A stretch of 55,034 bases of DNA, the filler included, from Sphacelaria rigidula (lineage: Eukaryota): the NCBI GenBank assembly GCA_964200075.2. It is 5 parts of 5 records of this genome, joined end to end, with 100 filler letters (N's around TTAATTAATTAA, not from the genome) between each part and the next. Parts side by side here need not be neighbours in the genome. Positions count along the whole stretch, not along the records: positions 1 to 10,929 come from CAXNAA020005660.1; 4 more parts are not named here. One strand, written 5' to 3'. The notes under the pieces were generated by a model that was given only the letters and a program-made list of their open reading frames with translations, ran no database searches and was not told the DNA's origin. The position numbers and the translations under genes were made by a program. Below are positions 1-11,029 of this stretch, piece by piece. Every line of letters starts with the position of its first letter. The first letter of the stretch is position 1.

Positions 1-187
1 TTTAGGCGCTGCAGTACTAGCAAACCTGCTAGCGTCACAATGCACAGCACGTGTGCTCAAACAAAAAAATGGGGGAAACGTTGCCTGTTAGGAACGCTAG
101 AGCATCCACTTTGAATCTGAAACTACCCTCTGAATCTCACGAATATAGTGTTGAGTGCAGAAGGTATTGATGTTTATGCCGTGCATT

Positions 188-360
188 GTCCACCCCTTCT
201 TTTCATTAGGCGCCTTTTGCACTAATGTCGGAAACTTCTGGAAATGGCCGACCACAATCCACCGCCCACTGGAAACCGGTAAGGTTTTACGGGTATCTCA
301 CCAATAGACCCCAACCTCGATGTTAATTTAACAGGGAGGTGGTGCTGACCCTACCCAGAG
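188..360 (+). repeat. Dispersed repeat, second copy at ~33250-33420
   Basis: Shared cattargcgccttttgcac...ggaaatggc...actggaaaccggtmaggttttacgggta on two scaffolds. Confidence 0.8.
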
Positions 361-364
361 GGCA

Positions 365-515
365 GCGAAAAACAAATTCTGGACACATAGGCTCCAAGAT
401 CGTAAATTTGACTATTTGGGGGGGGGGGGAGGGGGGTGCACCCAGTGGGGTGTCCCCTGGTTTATTGCTCAAGCGTTGGCGGATGCGGTCAGCTGCCGTG
501 GACAGAAGAGATCTT
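365..515 (+). repeat. Dispersed repeat, second copy at ~11040-11190
   Basis: Shared ccaagatcg...gtcccctrgtttattgc...gcgttggcggatgcggtcagc. Confidence 0.8.
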
Positions 516-1160
516 TACATATATGTACACGTATCATTTCACATTTTTCACCACATTTGCCGAGTTTTCTCCGGCGGTACGGCACTGTTTCCCGCGCTTT
601 GTTTTGCAGTGCACTAGGATTGCTCAGCGATACATTATCGTTCAGGTTTGGGTGTCATTTGATACCTGTGGTGCGTGTTTTGGTCACCAAAAGTCGCTCA
701 AACTAGCCCTTTCTAGCGGGGTGTGGATCCCGAACCGCAAAAGCCTGTTCAAGATCATAAAATGTTTTATACATCAGTACTTTTGGTGGGGTATTTCCCC
801 CCCGTGTTTCTCTTTGTCGCGTTCTTGTTCATTGGGGACCACGAACACACCTATTATGCCGCCAATATCACGAGATCATGAGAGCAAATCAGTCGAAAAC
901 AATTGAACAATGCCTCGGCTTTAGTCAGCAGCAAACACAAGGCCGTTCAACGCGCCGTTGGCGAGTTGAACAAGGTACAGCAGCATGGCAGCACAGCAAT
1001 GTTTCGCCGAAAAAAACAATCACCCTGTTTAAAAAAAGCCCGGTGATGTGCAAGCCACAGTGATGTGCAATCGTTTCAGACAAGAACCACCACTCTGCGG
1101 AATATATGGCCAGGTAGGAAGCTAGCTAGGCGGCATCATCTGGCAACACCACAAACTATA

Positions 1161-1917
1161 CCACCACTCTGGTCCGGAATATAGGCCCGCTCTAGACATT
1201 TTGCGGCATAACTTCTGCTGGGGACCGAATTTTTTTTACCGTTTTTTTCCAGACTCGCCGCGTGTGCGGGCGTGCGTTTGCGTGGGTCTGTTTAAAAAAA
1301 GTTCACAGTCCCGCACGCATACACCAGCGCACAGCAGCAGTACTCAGAGCTCGATAACTTCAAAGGGGCGGTAGGAGACCTTTCCACGGCGTGAAGGGAC
1401 ATGTCTAGCGCTGAAAATGATGCCGAGAGCCCAAAGAGAAAAAATCTCAGCCCGGATGAGCAAAGGGCAGTGATAGATGAGTTCCTACAAGGCAGCAACG
1501 ACGGTGTTTTGCAGCGGGACTTTGTTCCCTGCACCGGGACTTTGCTGCATTGGAAACCCGGGGATGATATTGTGTCATCCCCTGGTCACCCCGGGGAACA
1601 TGTTCTTGCATCCCCACTATTCCAACAACATGTGCGTGCGTTTTAATGCTCCTGGAGAAGACCAACGGTCAATTTTAAAGTACGGCGGAACGGAGCAGAT
1701 CAGATATTTTCGCCCTATATACAGTAGAAACCCGGGGATGGGTTCCTGGTGTCCCCTGGTCACCTTGACATTTTTTTCCCCTCGCATCCCCCCCTGATAC
1801 TACTTGGATGCATTTCCACGCGTATACAAGTGCTGGGACGTCACGTACACGCATAAGTCCCAATCGGCCTTATATTTCGGATTTTCTGGAACGGCCTTAT
1901 GTTCCGGACCAGAGTGG
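1161..1917 (+). mobile_element. Tc1/mariner internal-deletion derivative with transposase N-terminal remnant
   Basis: TIRs ccactctggtccggaatataggcc (1164) and ggccttatgttccggaccagagtgg (to 1917); TA on both flanks; 1401-1524 encodes KRKNLSPDEQRAVIDEFLQGSNDGVLQR, resembling a plant/oomycete mariner N-terminus. Confidence 0.7.
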
Positions 1918-2542
1918 TACTTGTTTTCGAAACAAGATCGTACACTTCAGTAAGTCCGCAACCATGGGGTTGGAGGGCTCGGGGGTTTCTACACTACTCA
2001 TTTTCGAAACAAGACCGTGCAGTACAAATAAGTCCGCATCCACGGGTTTGGAGGGCTCAGGGGTTTCTCCCCGAACACAAGAGCAGTATCATGCACATGC
2101 ACTTACGACTACCGCACGCGAACGAAATACATGGCTAGGTATGGCTGGGTAGGTAACTAGCTAGGCGAGATTATCTGGCAACACCACAAACTTTCACTTC
2201 GGCCTTACTATATCAGTGTTTTCCCTCTCCGGTGGGGCTGGGAAAATGCAGTATGCTACAAGCGTGGATAGTGACACCCAAAGCACGTAGTACATAAAGT
2301 TGTGACAGGAAAGGCCCGGTGAAAATTTCGGCCGGTAAGAAAAACGCAACTCTCCTGTGCAGAAAAAAAGCGAAGCACTGAAGGAACATATTATCCGCGA
2401 GCTTCTCAAGTGAGAAATAACATGCTGCCAGGAATGTTCCACGCATTCCAGCAGCCAGCCAAAGCCACTATTTTGTCCAGAGGAATACAAACTCCCAGGG
2501 ACCTTTCTGTCGAAGGGGATTATCCCCTCTTCTTTCACAATC

Positions 2543-2842
2543 AACAACATTTTCGTGAGGTTGAGAGTAGAGGATACGATTGAAGGTGAAAAGCGGTCAA
2601 TTAGTGCATGAATCGTTTCAGTTCCGAAATGTCCCTCCGCGAGGCCCGATATGCTTTCTGTAGTAGCTTGCCACTGAGGCCCTTGATATCTCTCAGTAGG
2701 ATATCGACGTGTAGCTATAAGCACACGCCAGTGATGGGGGCAAAGAAAAGCACACACTGAATGAAAAATTGGCCAAGTTAAAGAGAATGATCAAAACCAC
2801 TCTCAATCAGCGCTCTACTCTCAATCTCACGAAAACGCTGTT
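2543..2842. mobile_element. MITE with AAC...GTT termini, ~30-bp TIR and 4-bp TSD AATC
   Basis: Left aacaacattttcgtgaggttgagagtagag versus reverse complement of right end aacagcgttttcgtgagattgagagtagag; AATC at 2539-2542 and 2843-2846; relatives at 6714-6974 and ~43775-43935. Confidence 0.85.
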
Positions 2843-3669
2843 AATCCCCTTTTGACAGGGGATTGGCCCCATAACGACCAGTCCTGAGTTCTACCGTGAG
2901 TCGTGAAGCAGTTTTGTACAGATTGGACCCCAGATCTGAACGCAGGTTCAGAAATGCGGCGAATCTGGAAGTGGTCGTTAGTCCAAGGTCTGTGTAGTGC
3001 TGCAGACAAGACGCAACAAGGAAACACAACGCCTACACATCCAGCCCCGAAAAAACACGCACAGACACCCACCTCTCATCACGCGCATCAGTTTCACTGT
3101 TAGACTTGCTAATTCACACACGGCAGTCTTTATTTGACGGAAATCCGTTTTATGTTGCACTTATGGCGGCTGCGTGCGTGTAAAAACGACCGAAAACGTA
3201 TCGTTGCTGACCGTTTTGTAAGCGTGTGCTGTGCGCGCGTCTCACATAAATTATCGTTTCTCAATAAATTCTGAACAGATTTGAGCAAGGTCACGCACAA
3301 CGTACGTGCACAGCTGATGATCAGCTACGCATATGCCATACACGTCGGAATTATTGCCGCCCAACAGTTGTACAATATTCACATCCGTGTTACTCAAGTT
3401 GGTCAACCTTATCCGGAGCCACCATTCGAAAACACATGCGATATTTTGTACAGCCACGATCACTACTGTACATTGAGGTACAACAGCCTCTCTTGATCAT
3501 ATATTTTCGACTTGCGTCACCCCCGGGAGGCCCGTACCAACCTCCCGAAGGGGAACCTTGTTCACATATATATATTATATCAATGTAATGTGTGTGTATA
3601 TATATATGCTTCTGCTCCTTAGGATGATGTACGAAGTATATTATTAATATATATTATGTATGTATATTA

Positions 3670-4600
3670 AGAAGCAGAAGAAAATATACAAACCCCTTAA
3701 AGCCCTTAAGACGTTTCGGATGTCGTCACTGTTTATTGATCGATTTCGTGCAATAAAGTTAACAGCAAAATATCCAAAAATCGGGACAACTTTCGAGGAA
3801 ATGCACTCCAGGATCTCAGGCCATCGGCACAGAGCGGACAAGGAGCAGAAGCAAATATATATAAACCCCGCGAAGTCTACCAGACTTTTCGGTTTTTGTC
3901 AGTATTTATTGATCAGTTCCTTGCAACAAAATTAACGAAAACAAATCCAAGAAATCTTGACATTTTTTGGAAAAATGCCCTCCGGCATCTGAGGTCATCG
4001 GGATAGAGCGGGCAATGAGCAGAAGCAAATATACAAACCCCTTAAAGCCCTTAAGACGTTTCGGATTTGTGTCAACGTTAATTGATCGATCTCCTCATGA
4101 CAAAATTGACTTTAAAATATCCAGAAAATCGTACTTCGTAACATTTTTCGAGGAAATGCCCTCCAGGATCTCAGGCCATCGGGACAGAGCGGGCAAGGAG
4201 CAGAAGCAAACATATATAAACCCCGCGAAGTCTACCAGACTTTTCGCTTTTGTCAGTATTTATTGATCAGTTCCTTGCAACAAAATTAACGAAAACAAAT
4301 CCAAGAATTCTTGACAAGTTTTGAAAAACTGCCCTCCGGCATCTGAGGTCATCGGGATAGAGCGAGCAAGGAGCAGAAACAAATATACAAACCTCGCGAA
4401 GCTCACCAGTAATTTCGGATTTGTGCCAATGTTAATTGATCAATTTCTTGTGACAAAGTTGACATAAAAATATCCGGAAAATTGTACTTCGTAACGTTTT
4501 TCGAGGAAATGCCCTCCGGCATCTGAGGTCATCGGGACAGAGCGGGCGAGGAGCAGAAGCAGATAGAGCTCTATACGAATCCCGCAGAGCCCACCAGACT
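3670..4600 (+). repeat. Tandem satellite, ~175-bp monomer with ~354-bp dimeric organisation
   Basis: (g/a)agcagaa anchors at ~3672, 3843, 4017, 4198, 4371 and 4551; alternating A/B monomers; solitary monomer at ~11404-11612. Confidence 0.9.
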
Positions 4601-5206
4601 TCTTGTTTCTTGCTAGTGTTTGGGTTATTTTGTTCTCGTCTTACCTTTGTTATGATACTGTATGGGGGAAAAAATCTCGGCAATTTTCCGGCTTGATATG
4701 ATAAAGTATATATGTTTTTCTCGCTGTTTTACGTCTGTATCCGTGCTGTGTTATGGTAGGTATGAGAGAAAGGAGTGCAACTTGCTTCAGTTCATGTCTA
4801 CACCCACGCTGTTTCATGATAAAGAGAAAGGATGGTTACTTGCTTCATTTCATGTCTATGTCCGGACTGTGTTACGGTAAATTGAAGGAAAAGAAGGGTT
4901 AGCTTCTCTATTTCATGTCCATGTCCGGACTGTGTTATGGTAGGTTAAACCAAAAGAAAGGTTGGCTTCTGTATTTCATGCCTGTGTCCGGGCTGTGTGA
5001 TGGTAGGTTAAACCAAAAGGAGGGTTAGCTTCGTCATTCGATGTCCATGTCCGTGCTGTTGTTATGGTATGTTATGGTAAGTAAAAGAAAAATGAGGGTC
5101 AAGTTCTCCATTCCATGTCTGTGTTCGGGCTGTGTTATGGTAAGTAAAAGAAAAATGAGGGTCAGCTTCTCTCTTTCATGTCTACGTCCGTGCTGTTGTG
5201 GGGTAT

Positions 5207-5458
5207 GAGTGATGCTACGATAGGATTGCACTTTTTGAGCGAAAATGTTTCTTGGGGTGTTGCACGGATAATTTTGAGAATCGGCATCATTTTCACTTGA
5301 AAAAGACTGAAATTATGCCGATTCGTGAAAAGGCCCCTGTGTGCATCTCGATGTCCTGTCCCCGGAGATTTGGGTTGCACAGTAAGCCCCACATATTTAG
5401 GCTCCTACAAAAAGGAGACCCAGAAACAAAAAGTGCAACCCCTATCGTAGCATCACTC
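5207..5458. mobile_element. MITE with GAG...CTC termini, ~31-bp TIR and 4-bp TSD GTAT (Sola-like)
   Basis: gagtgatgctacgataggattgcactttttg versus caaaaagtgcaacccctatcgtagcatcactc; GTAT at 5203-5206 and 5459-5462; empty site in the paralogous satellite block at ~6154-6166. Confidence 0.88.
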
Positions 5459-6713
5459 GTATGCTATGGTAAGTTGAAGAAAAAGGATGGTTACTTGCTT
5501 CATTCCATGTCTATGTCCGGGTTGTGTTATGGTAGGTGAAAGAAAAAAGAGGGTTACTTGCTTCATTTCATGTCTATATCCAGACTGTGTTATGGTAGGT
5601 TAAATAGAAAGGATTGTTAGCTTTTCTACTTCATGTGTATGTCCGGGCTGTGTTATGGTAGGTTAGAGCAAAAGGAGGGTTACTTGCTTCATTTCATGTG
5701 TATGTCCGGGTAGGTATAAGAGAAAGGAGTGCAACTTGCTTCAGTTCATGTCTACACCCACGCGGTTTCATGATAAAGAGAAAGGATGGTTACTTGCTTC
5801 ATTTCATGTCTATGTCCGGACTGTGTTACGGTAAATTGAAGGAAAAGAAGGGTTAGCTTCTCTATTTCATGTCCATGTCCGGACTGTGTTATGGTAGGTT
5901 AAACCAAAAGAAAGGTTGGCTTCTGTATTTCATGCCCGTGTCCGGGCTGTGTGATGGTAGATTAAACCAAAAGGAGGGTTAGCTTCGTCATTCGATGTCC
6001 ATGTCCGTGCTGTTGTTATGGTATGTTGTGGTAAGTAAAAGAAAAATGAGGGTTAAGTTCTCCATTCCATGTCTGTGCCGGGCTGTGTTATGGTAAGTAA
6101 AAGAAAAATGAGGGTCAGCTTCTCTCTTTCATGTCTACGTCCGTGCTGCTGTAGGGTATGTTATGGTAAGTTAAATAAAAAGGAGGGTTAGCGCCTTCAT
6201 TCCATGTCTATGTCCGGGCTGTGTTATGGTAAGTAAAAGAGAAAGGATGGTTACTTGCTTCATTTCATGTCTATGTCGGGACTGTGTTATGGTAAATTGA
6301 AGAAAAAGGAGGGTTAGCTTCTCTATTTCATGTCTATGTCCGGACTGTGTTATGGTAGGTCAAACCAAAAGGGGGGTGAGCTTCTGTATTTCATGCCCGT
6401 GTTCGGGCTGTATTATGGTAGGTTAAACCAAAAGGAGGGTTAGCTTCGTCATTCCATGTCTATGCCCGGGCTGTGCTCTGGTAAGTTGAAGAAAAATGAG
6501 GGTTGGCTTCTCGATTTCGTGTCTACGTCCGGGGTGTGTTTTGGTAAGTTAAAGAAAAATGAGGGTAAGCTTCTCTATTTCATGTCTGTATCCGGGCTGT
6601 GTTATGGTGGGCTAAAAAAAAATGAGGGTTAACTTCTCTATTCCATGTCTATGTCCGAGCTGTGTTATGGCAGGCTCAAGAAGAAGGAGGTTTAGCTTCG
6701 TCATTCCATATTC

Positions 6714-6974
6714 AACAAGGCTTTCGTGAGACTGAGAGTTGGGTGCGGATTGAGAGTGGCTTTGATCATTCGCTTTGGCCATTTTTTCATTCCGTGTGTG
6801 CTTTTCGTCGTCTCATCACTGCCGTGTGCTTACAGCTACACGTTGATATCCTACTCAGGGGTATCGAGGGTCTCAGTGGCAAGCTACTACAGNNNNNNNN
6901 NNGGCTTAGTCACTAATTGACCGCTTTTCACTCTCAATCGTACCTTCAACTCTCAATTTCACGAAAACGTTGTT
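6714..6974. mobile_element. MITE of the 2543-2842 family (opposite orientation), TSD ATTC
   Basis: aacaaggctttcgtgagactgagag...ctctcaatttcacgaaaacgttgtt; ATTC at 6710-6713 and 6975-6978; contains a 10-N gap. Confidence 0.82.
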
Positions 6975-7114
6975 ATTCATGTCCGGGCTTTGTGATGGTA
7001 GATTTAAGAAAAGGAATGGTTAGCTTCTCTATTTCATGTTCATGTCCGGGTTGTGTTACGGTAGCGGGAAGCAAGAGAAAAAAACATAATCCGGAAAAAA
7101 TGTAAAGAGGAAAA

Positions 7115-7583
7115 AACAGCCGATCATCGAAATTGAGGATGGAGCTTTTTATTGGGGATGAGAGTCCGGAGGACTAAAGTCTTCGTATCCACACCAAATT
7201 TCCGGAATATGGTTTGATTCCATCACCTAGTGGTAGCTATTGATAAGCACTATATGTCATACAAAACTTGATTTCGATTATCGAAATATTGGGATCCTAG
7301 TTAAAACGCCAATTTCGGGGAATTTCGGCGACCCGATCAGATCACCTAAATTCCCCAAAATTGTTTCTTTATCTAGCGACACAACATTTCGGTTATCGAA
7401 ATCCAAACACAGACACACACGCACAAATTTGCAGGGCGTGTAGCAGTTGTTAATAGCTATACCAGTAGGTGCAGGGATGGGACCATAATATTTGGAAGAT
7501 TTGGTGTCGATATGAAAGTTTTAATCCTCCGGGTTTTCATCCTCAATGAAAAGCTCTATCCTCTATTTCGATGATCGGTTGTT
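7115..7583. mobile_element. Foldback MITE family A (~200-bp inverted arms, AAC...GTT ends), copy 1
   Basis: aacagccgatcatcgaaattgaggatggagc... mirrored by ...gctctatcctctatttcgatgatcggttgtt. Confidence 0.85.
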
Positions 7584-7637
7584 AAGAGGAAGATGAATCC
7601 AGCGAAAAGGAATGGAAAAAACACAAAATACAGAAAA

Positions 7638-8075
7638 AACAGCCGATCGTCGAAGTTGAAGATGGAGCTTTTCATTGAGGATGAGAACTCGGAATATTAA
7701 TATTTTCATATACACACCAAATCTTCGAAATATGGTTCCATTTTTTTACCTACTGGTAGCTATGGATAACTGCTATACTCCCTACAAATTTGGATTTCGA
7801 TAACAGAGATGGTCGGGTCATAGTTGAACAAAAAAATTGGGGAATTTAGGTGGTTTGATCGGATCGCCGAAATTCCCCGAAATTGGTTTTTCACCTAGGA
7901 CCCCAACATTTCGGTTATCGAAATCCAAATTTGCGGGGCGTGTAGAACTTGGCAATAGCTATTAGTGGGTGAGGGAATAAAATCATATTTCGAATCTGCC
8001 GTGTATACGAAGGATTTAATTTTCCGGGTTCTCCTTAATGAAATGCTCCATCCTCAGTTTTGATGATCGGCTTTT
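7638..8075. mobile_element. Foldback MITE family A, copy 2 (loop inverted relative to copy 1)
   Basis: Same arms; central loop is the reverse complement of the copy 1 loop. Confidence 0.85.
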
Positions 8076-9575
8076 GAAAGAAAGGAGTTGAAAAAAAAGC
8101 AAAAGGCCAGCTTTGTTATATCATGTCTGTATCTATCTTGTGTGTTTCTGGGGGGAAACAAAATTGGGTATTCAGATTTTTGCATGACTATTGTGTTTGT
8201 CGGTCCGGGATTTGGTTTTGTCAAGTGGCGGTCTATGGTACAGGTACGACAGTCTGTACATTTTTATCTAGGTTCTGGTGGCTTGTTTTACGGTGCCGTT
8301 GCCACTCGACGCCAACCGAAGAGTCTAGAGATGATATGTGGGGGGGGAGGGACTGAGCGTCCAGGGCGATTTTTCCCGCATACCCCTGGACAGATCCCCC
8401 TAATTTGAATGTATAGTGAACAAATTGACGTATGCATACATGATACACTACAGGTTGCAGTGAAACACGCACAAGTACTGTATGGCCGGCAGATAATGCC
8501 CCTGGCAGGTTGACGAGAGGTGAAAGGCAGAGCTACAGGTGAGTTCCCGGTCGTCGCAGTGTATGTTGATATAGGTACTAGACATTCGGAAACGACGTTT
8601 GAGGAAACGCGGCAGAGTGATGGGGTGAGACCCGATGGGTGGGGAGGAGGGGGAAGAACAGGTATCTTACTTACAATCCACTAACCTTGGATTCATAATC
8701 CTTCTCTTAGATGTTCAATTTTCAACCTAGCAGGGTACAGGTACTGTCCGAATATACCCAAGTTAAATCTATTTGGTTTGACGACATGCACTACCCAATT
8801 ATATGCCTGAACTGCCTGAATGGATATCTGCTTAATCAATTCTACAGGAAATGCTGCCTGGATCTACCTGGTATGACTGTGGTATGTGTCATTTTGACCC
8901 GCATTGTATCTCGTCAAAAATTGGGCTGTGATGCATCTACTCAAGTATCCAATCAATCGATGCACAAACGATTTGGAAAACTTGATCCCTGCCAGGGTCG
9001 GGAGCAACGCGATGACCACCGCCCATTTAATGCGTCAAAACTTGGTGCGCTGCGCCAACACGTGTGTCGTTACCTTATCTAAGGGGGCTGATTCCATTGG
9101 TCGATATACCTGAGGGGTTGTTGGCTGTAAGGGTGTGGGCTATGGCCCAGCGGCACGAAAGCACGAAAGCACGGTAAATGGCCACTTCGGTCGCTCAGAT
9201 ATTTGAAGAAACAATAATTGAAGAAAACGAGCTGGACCAGCCTATAAAAATGGATTCAAACTAACTGGTCCAACCATATTTCTTTAACGCGGACTCATTA
9301 ATCGGACCTTGATCCGCATATCTTATTAATAATCTAATGAAGGGGCAGATGTCCATCTACTCAATAACCCGGTCAGATGCTTCGTCGGTGATTAAACGCC
9401 ATGTCGAATAAATCTCGTGGCGTACGGAGATACCTCGATACCAAAGTATATACGAAACCCCGTCACAAAATAAGCAGCGGATGGCGCTCTCTTTGGTGTG
9501 AACGTTCCTTGATGCACGGGGGAGCGATCGATACCCCAACCTTCACTGGGAGAAACACTAAATGCACTGAATATG

Positions 9576-9795
9576 ATTTAGCAGCTCAGTTTTGAGAGTT
9601 GCCATTTGAAATTTGGGGCAAAAAATTGAGTTTTTTTTTTTCATGAGTTAAGGACGTTTCTGTGAGAAACGGTATTTTCTTGTCCTTTACCCATGAAAAA
9701 ATATCTCCACATCTTGCTTCAACATTTTGTCACATGCCCTTGCGATGCTCCATACTCAATTTCAAAACATAACTCTCAAAACTGAGCTGCTAAAT
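9576..9795. mobile_element. MITE-like element with perfect 25-bp inverted repeats
   Basis: atttagcagctcagttttgagagtt (9576-9600) and aactctcaaaactgagctgctaaat (9771-9795); no TSD recognised. Confidence 0.7.
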
Positions 9796-10929
9796 AGTCG
9801 ATAATCAACAGCTACGTTTCTAGTCTGGACGTGCCCGTAGAGTAGATATCCTTTAAGAGAATGCCCCGAGTATCAAACAATCTTTCCAGAAGGTTCCATT
9901 TGAGCAAGGGATACCTGGTTCGCTGGGAGAGGGGAAAATAACCCCCCCCCTCCAGAGGGCTAGTACTTACCGTATCCGTGAAGGTTATAGCTACTGATGG
10001 TACCGTTTATGCCGACGACTCACTACACTCATGTGTATGTAGGCCAATGTGGAAAATACGGTGAGCATCTCGCCGTGCTACTGAATGCGGGGAGTTTCGG
10101 CGCTACTCGCCGAACATTTGTTGAGAAGCGTACCGCCGATTCGATTCAGGAGCCGCCGATTATTTTGAGGATTGCAGCAGTTACTTCTGCGCAAAACGGA
10201 TGGCGCCATCACAGCGGATCAGATGTGATGCGGAAAGGGAATAACAGGGGATCAAGATGGTAAAGATGGGGTTGCCGAAGAAATGAGTGTCACAGGAGTT
10301 GTAGGTTGGTGCCTGAGATCAGCACATCTGAGGCCCAGATGGGTCATGTGGACCTGGTCCTAGGAGCACGTGAGGGCATAGGCATGTAATGAAAAAAAAT
10401 GATAAAGTACGTGTTGTCATTGATATCACGGCGACAGCAGTATATGTTGGGTGCACCACGTCTAGCTTCCACCGCATGGAAGTCATGTGTTTAGGAGCTC
10501 TTGATGTGCCAATAATGAAAGTCAAGCGACGCAAAATGGCGCGTTACTCTCAAAGGTTTCGTCCTCCTGGGGGGGGGGGGACTCCGGCGGAGGCCCTAGC
10601 TACGGAAGACTCATTGCCGCCGCTGACTGTAGTGACAACGGTACTGACCATGATTGAGGTAGCAGTGTATATGCATTGGAAATATTAGAAGTACGGTGGA
10701 GGGGGGGGGAAGGCCCCCTCCCCCCCCCCCTGCTCTCTCCTCCCCCGGAACAGAACCAACGCATCCCTCCTCAGTATGCTTACGCTGGCGAGATATATAT
10801 ATATTTTCTGCTGTCCGGGGCTGCGATACAGTATAATATATAATGGTAACAAGAGATCCCGAAAAATGAGAACTTTCTTTTTTGATCGGAACGATTTTTT
10901 GTATTTGAGGCTCGAGAGAAGGTCAAAAG

Positions 10930-11029
10930 NNNNNNNNNNNNNNNNNNNNNNNNNNNNNNNNNNNNNNNNNNNNTTAATTAATTAANNNNNNNNNNNNNNN
11001 NNNNNNNNNNNNNNNNNNNNNNNNNNNNN
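10930..11029. other. Artificial scaffold linker N44-TTAATTAATTAA-N44
   Basis: Exactly 100 bp with a six-frame-stop 12-mer at 10974-10985; identical to the three other linkers. Confidence 0.97.

Larger units (their letters stand above)
4730..7062 (+). repeat. 63-bp minisatellite array (~28 units) interrupted by two MITEs and a 10-N gap
   Basis: Unit approximately tgtgttatggtaggttaaaccaaaaggagggttagcttctctatttcatgtctatgtccgggc; 63-bp spacing at 4868/4931/4994 and 5523/5586/5649. Confidence 0.93.

Noticed and set aside
5034..5231. ORF with a 21-aa repeat (LTLIFLLLTIT...)
   Set aside because: By-product of the 63-bp unit being a multiple of three; frequent stops and indels in the array
4730..7062. 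CRISPR-like regular repeat array
   Set aside because: Whole 63-bp units repeat with no unique spacers, no cas genes are present and the context is eukaryotic; it is a minisatellite
8700..10700. Short ORFs in scaffold 1 (similar ones at 11700-12650, 19230-19800, 28800-29600 and 42300-43100)
   Set aside because: No recognisable domains or consistent splice structure; probably decayed repeats, though homology cannot be excluded without a search
10974..10985. TTAATTAATTAA as a biological motif (PacI site or piggyBac target)
   Set aside because: Embedded symmetrically in N44 runs four times; synthetic linker
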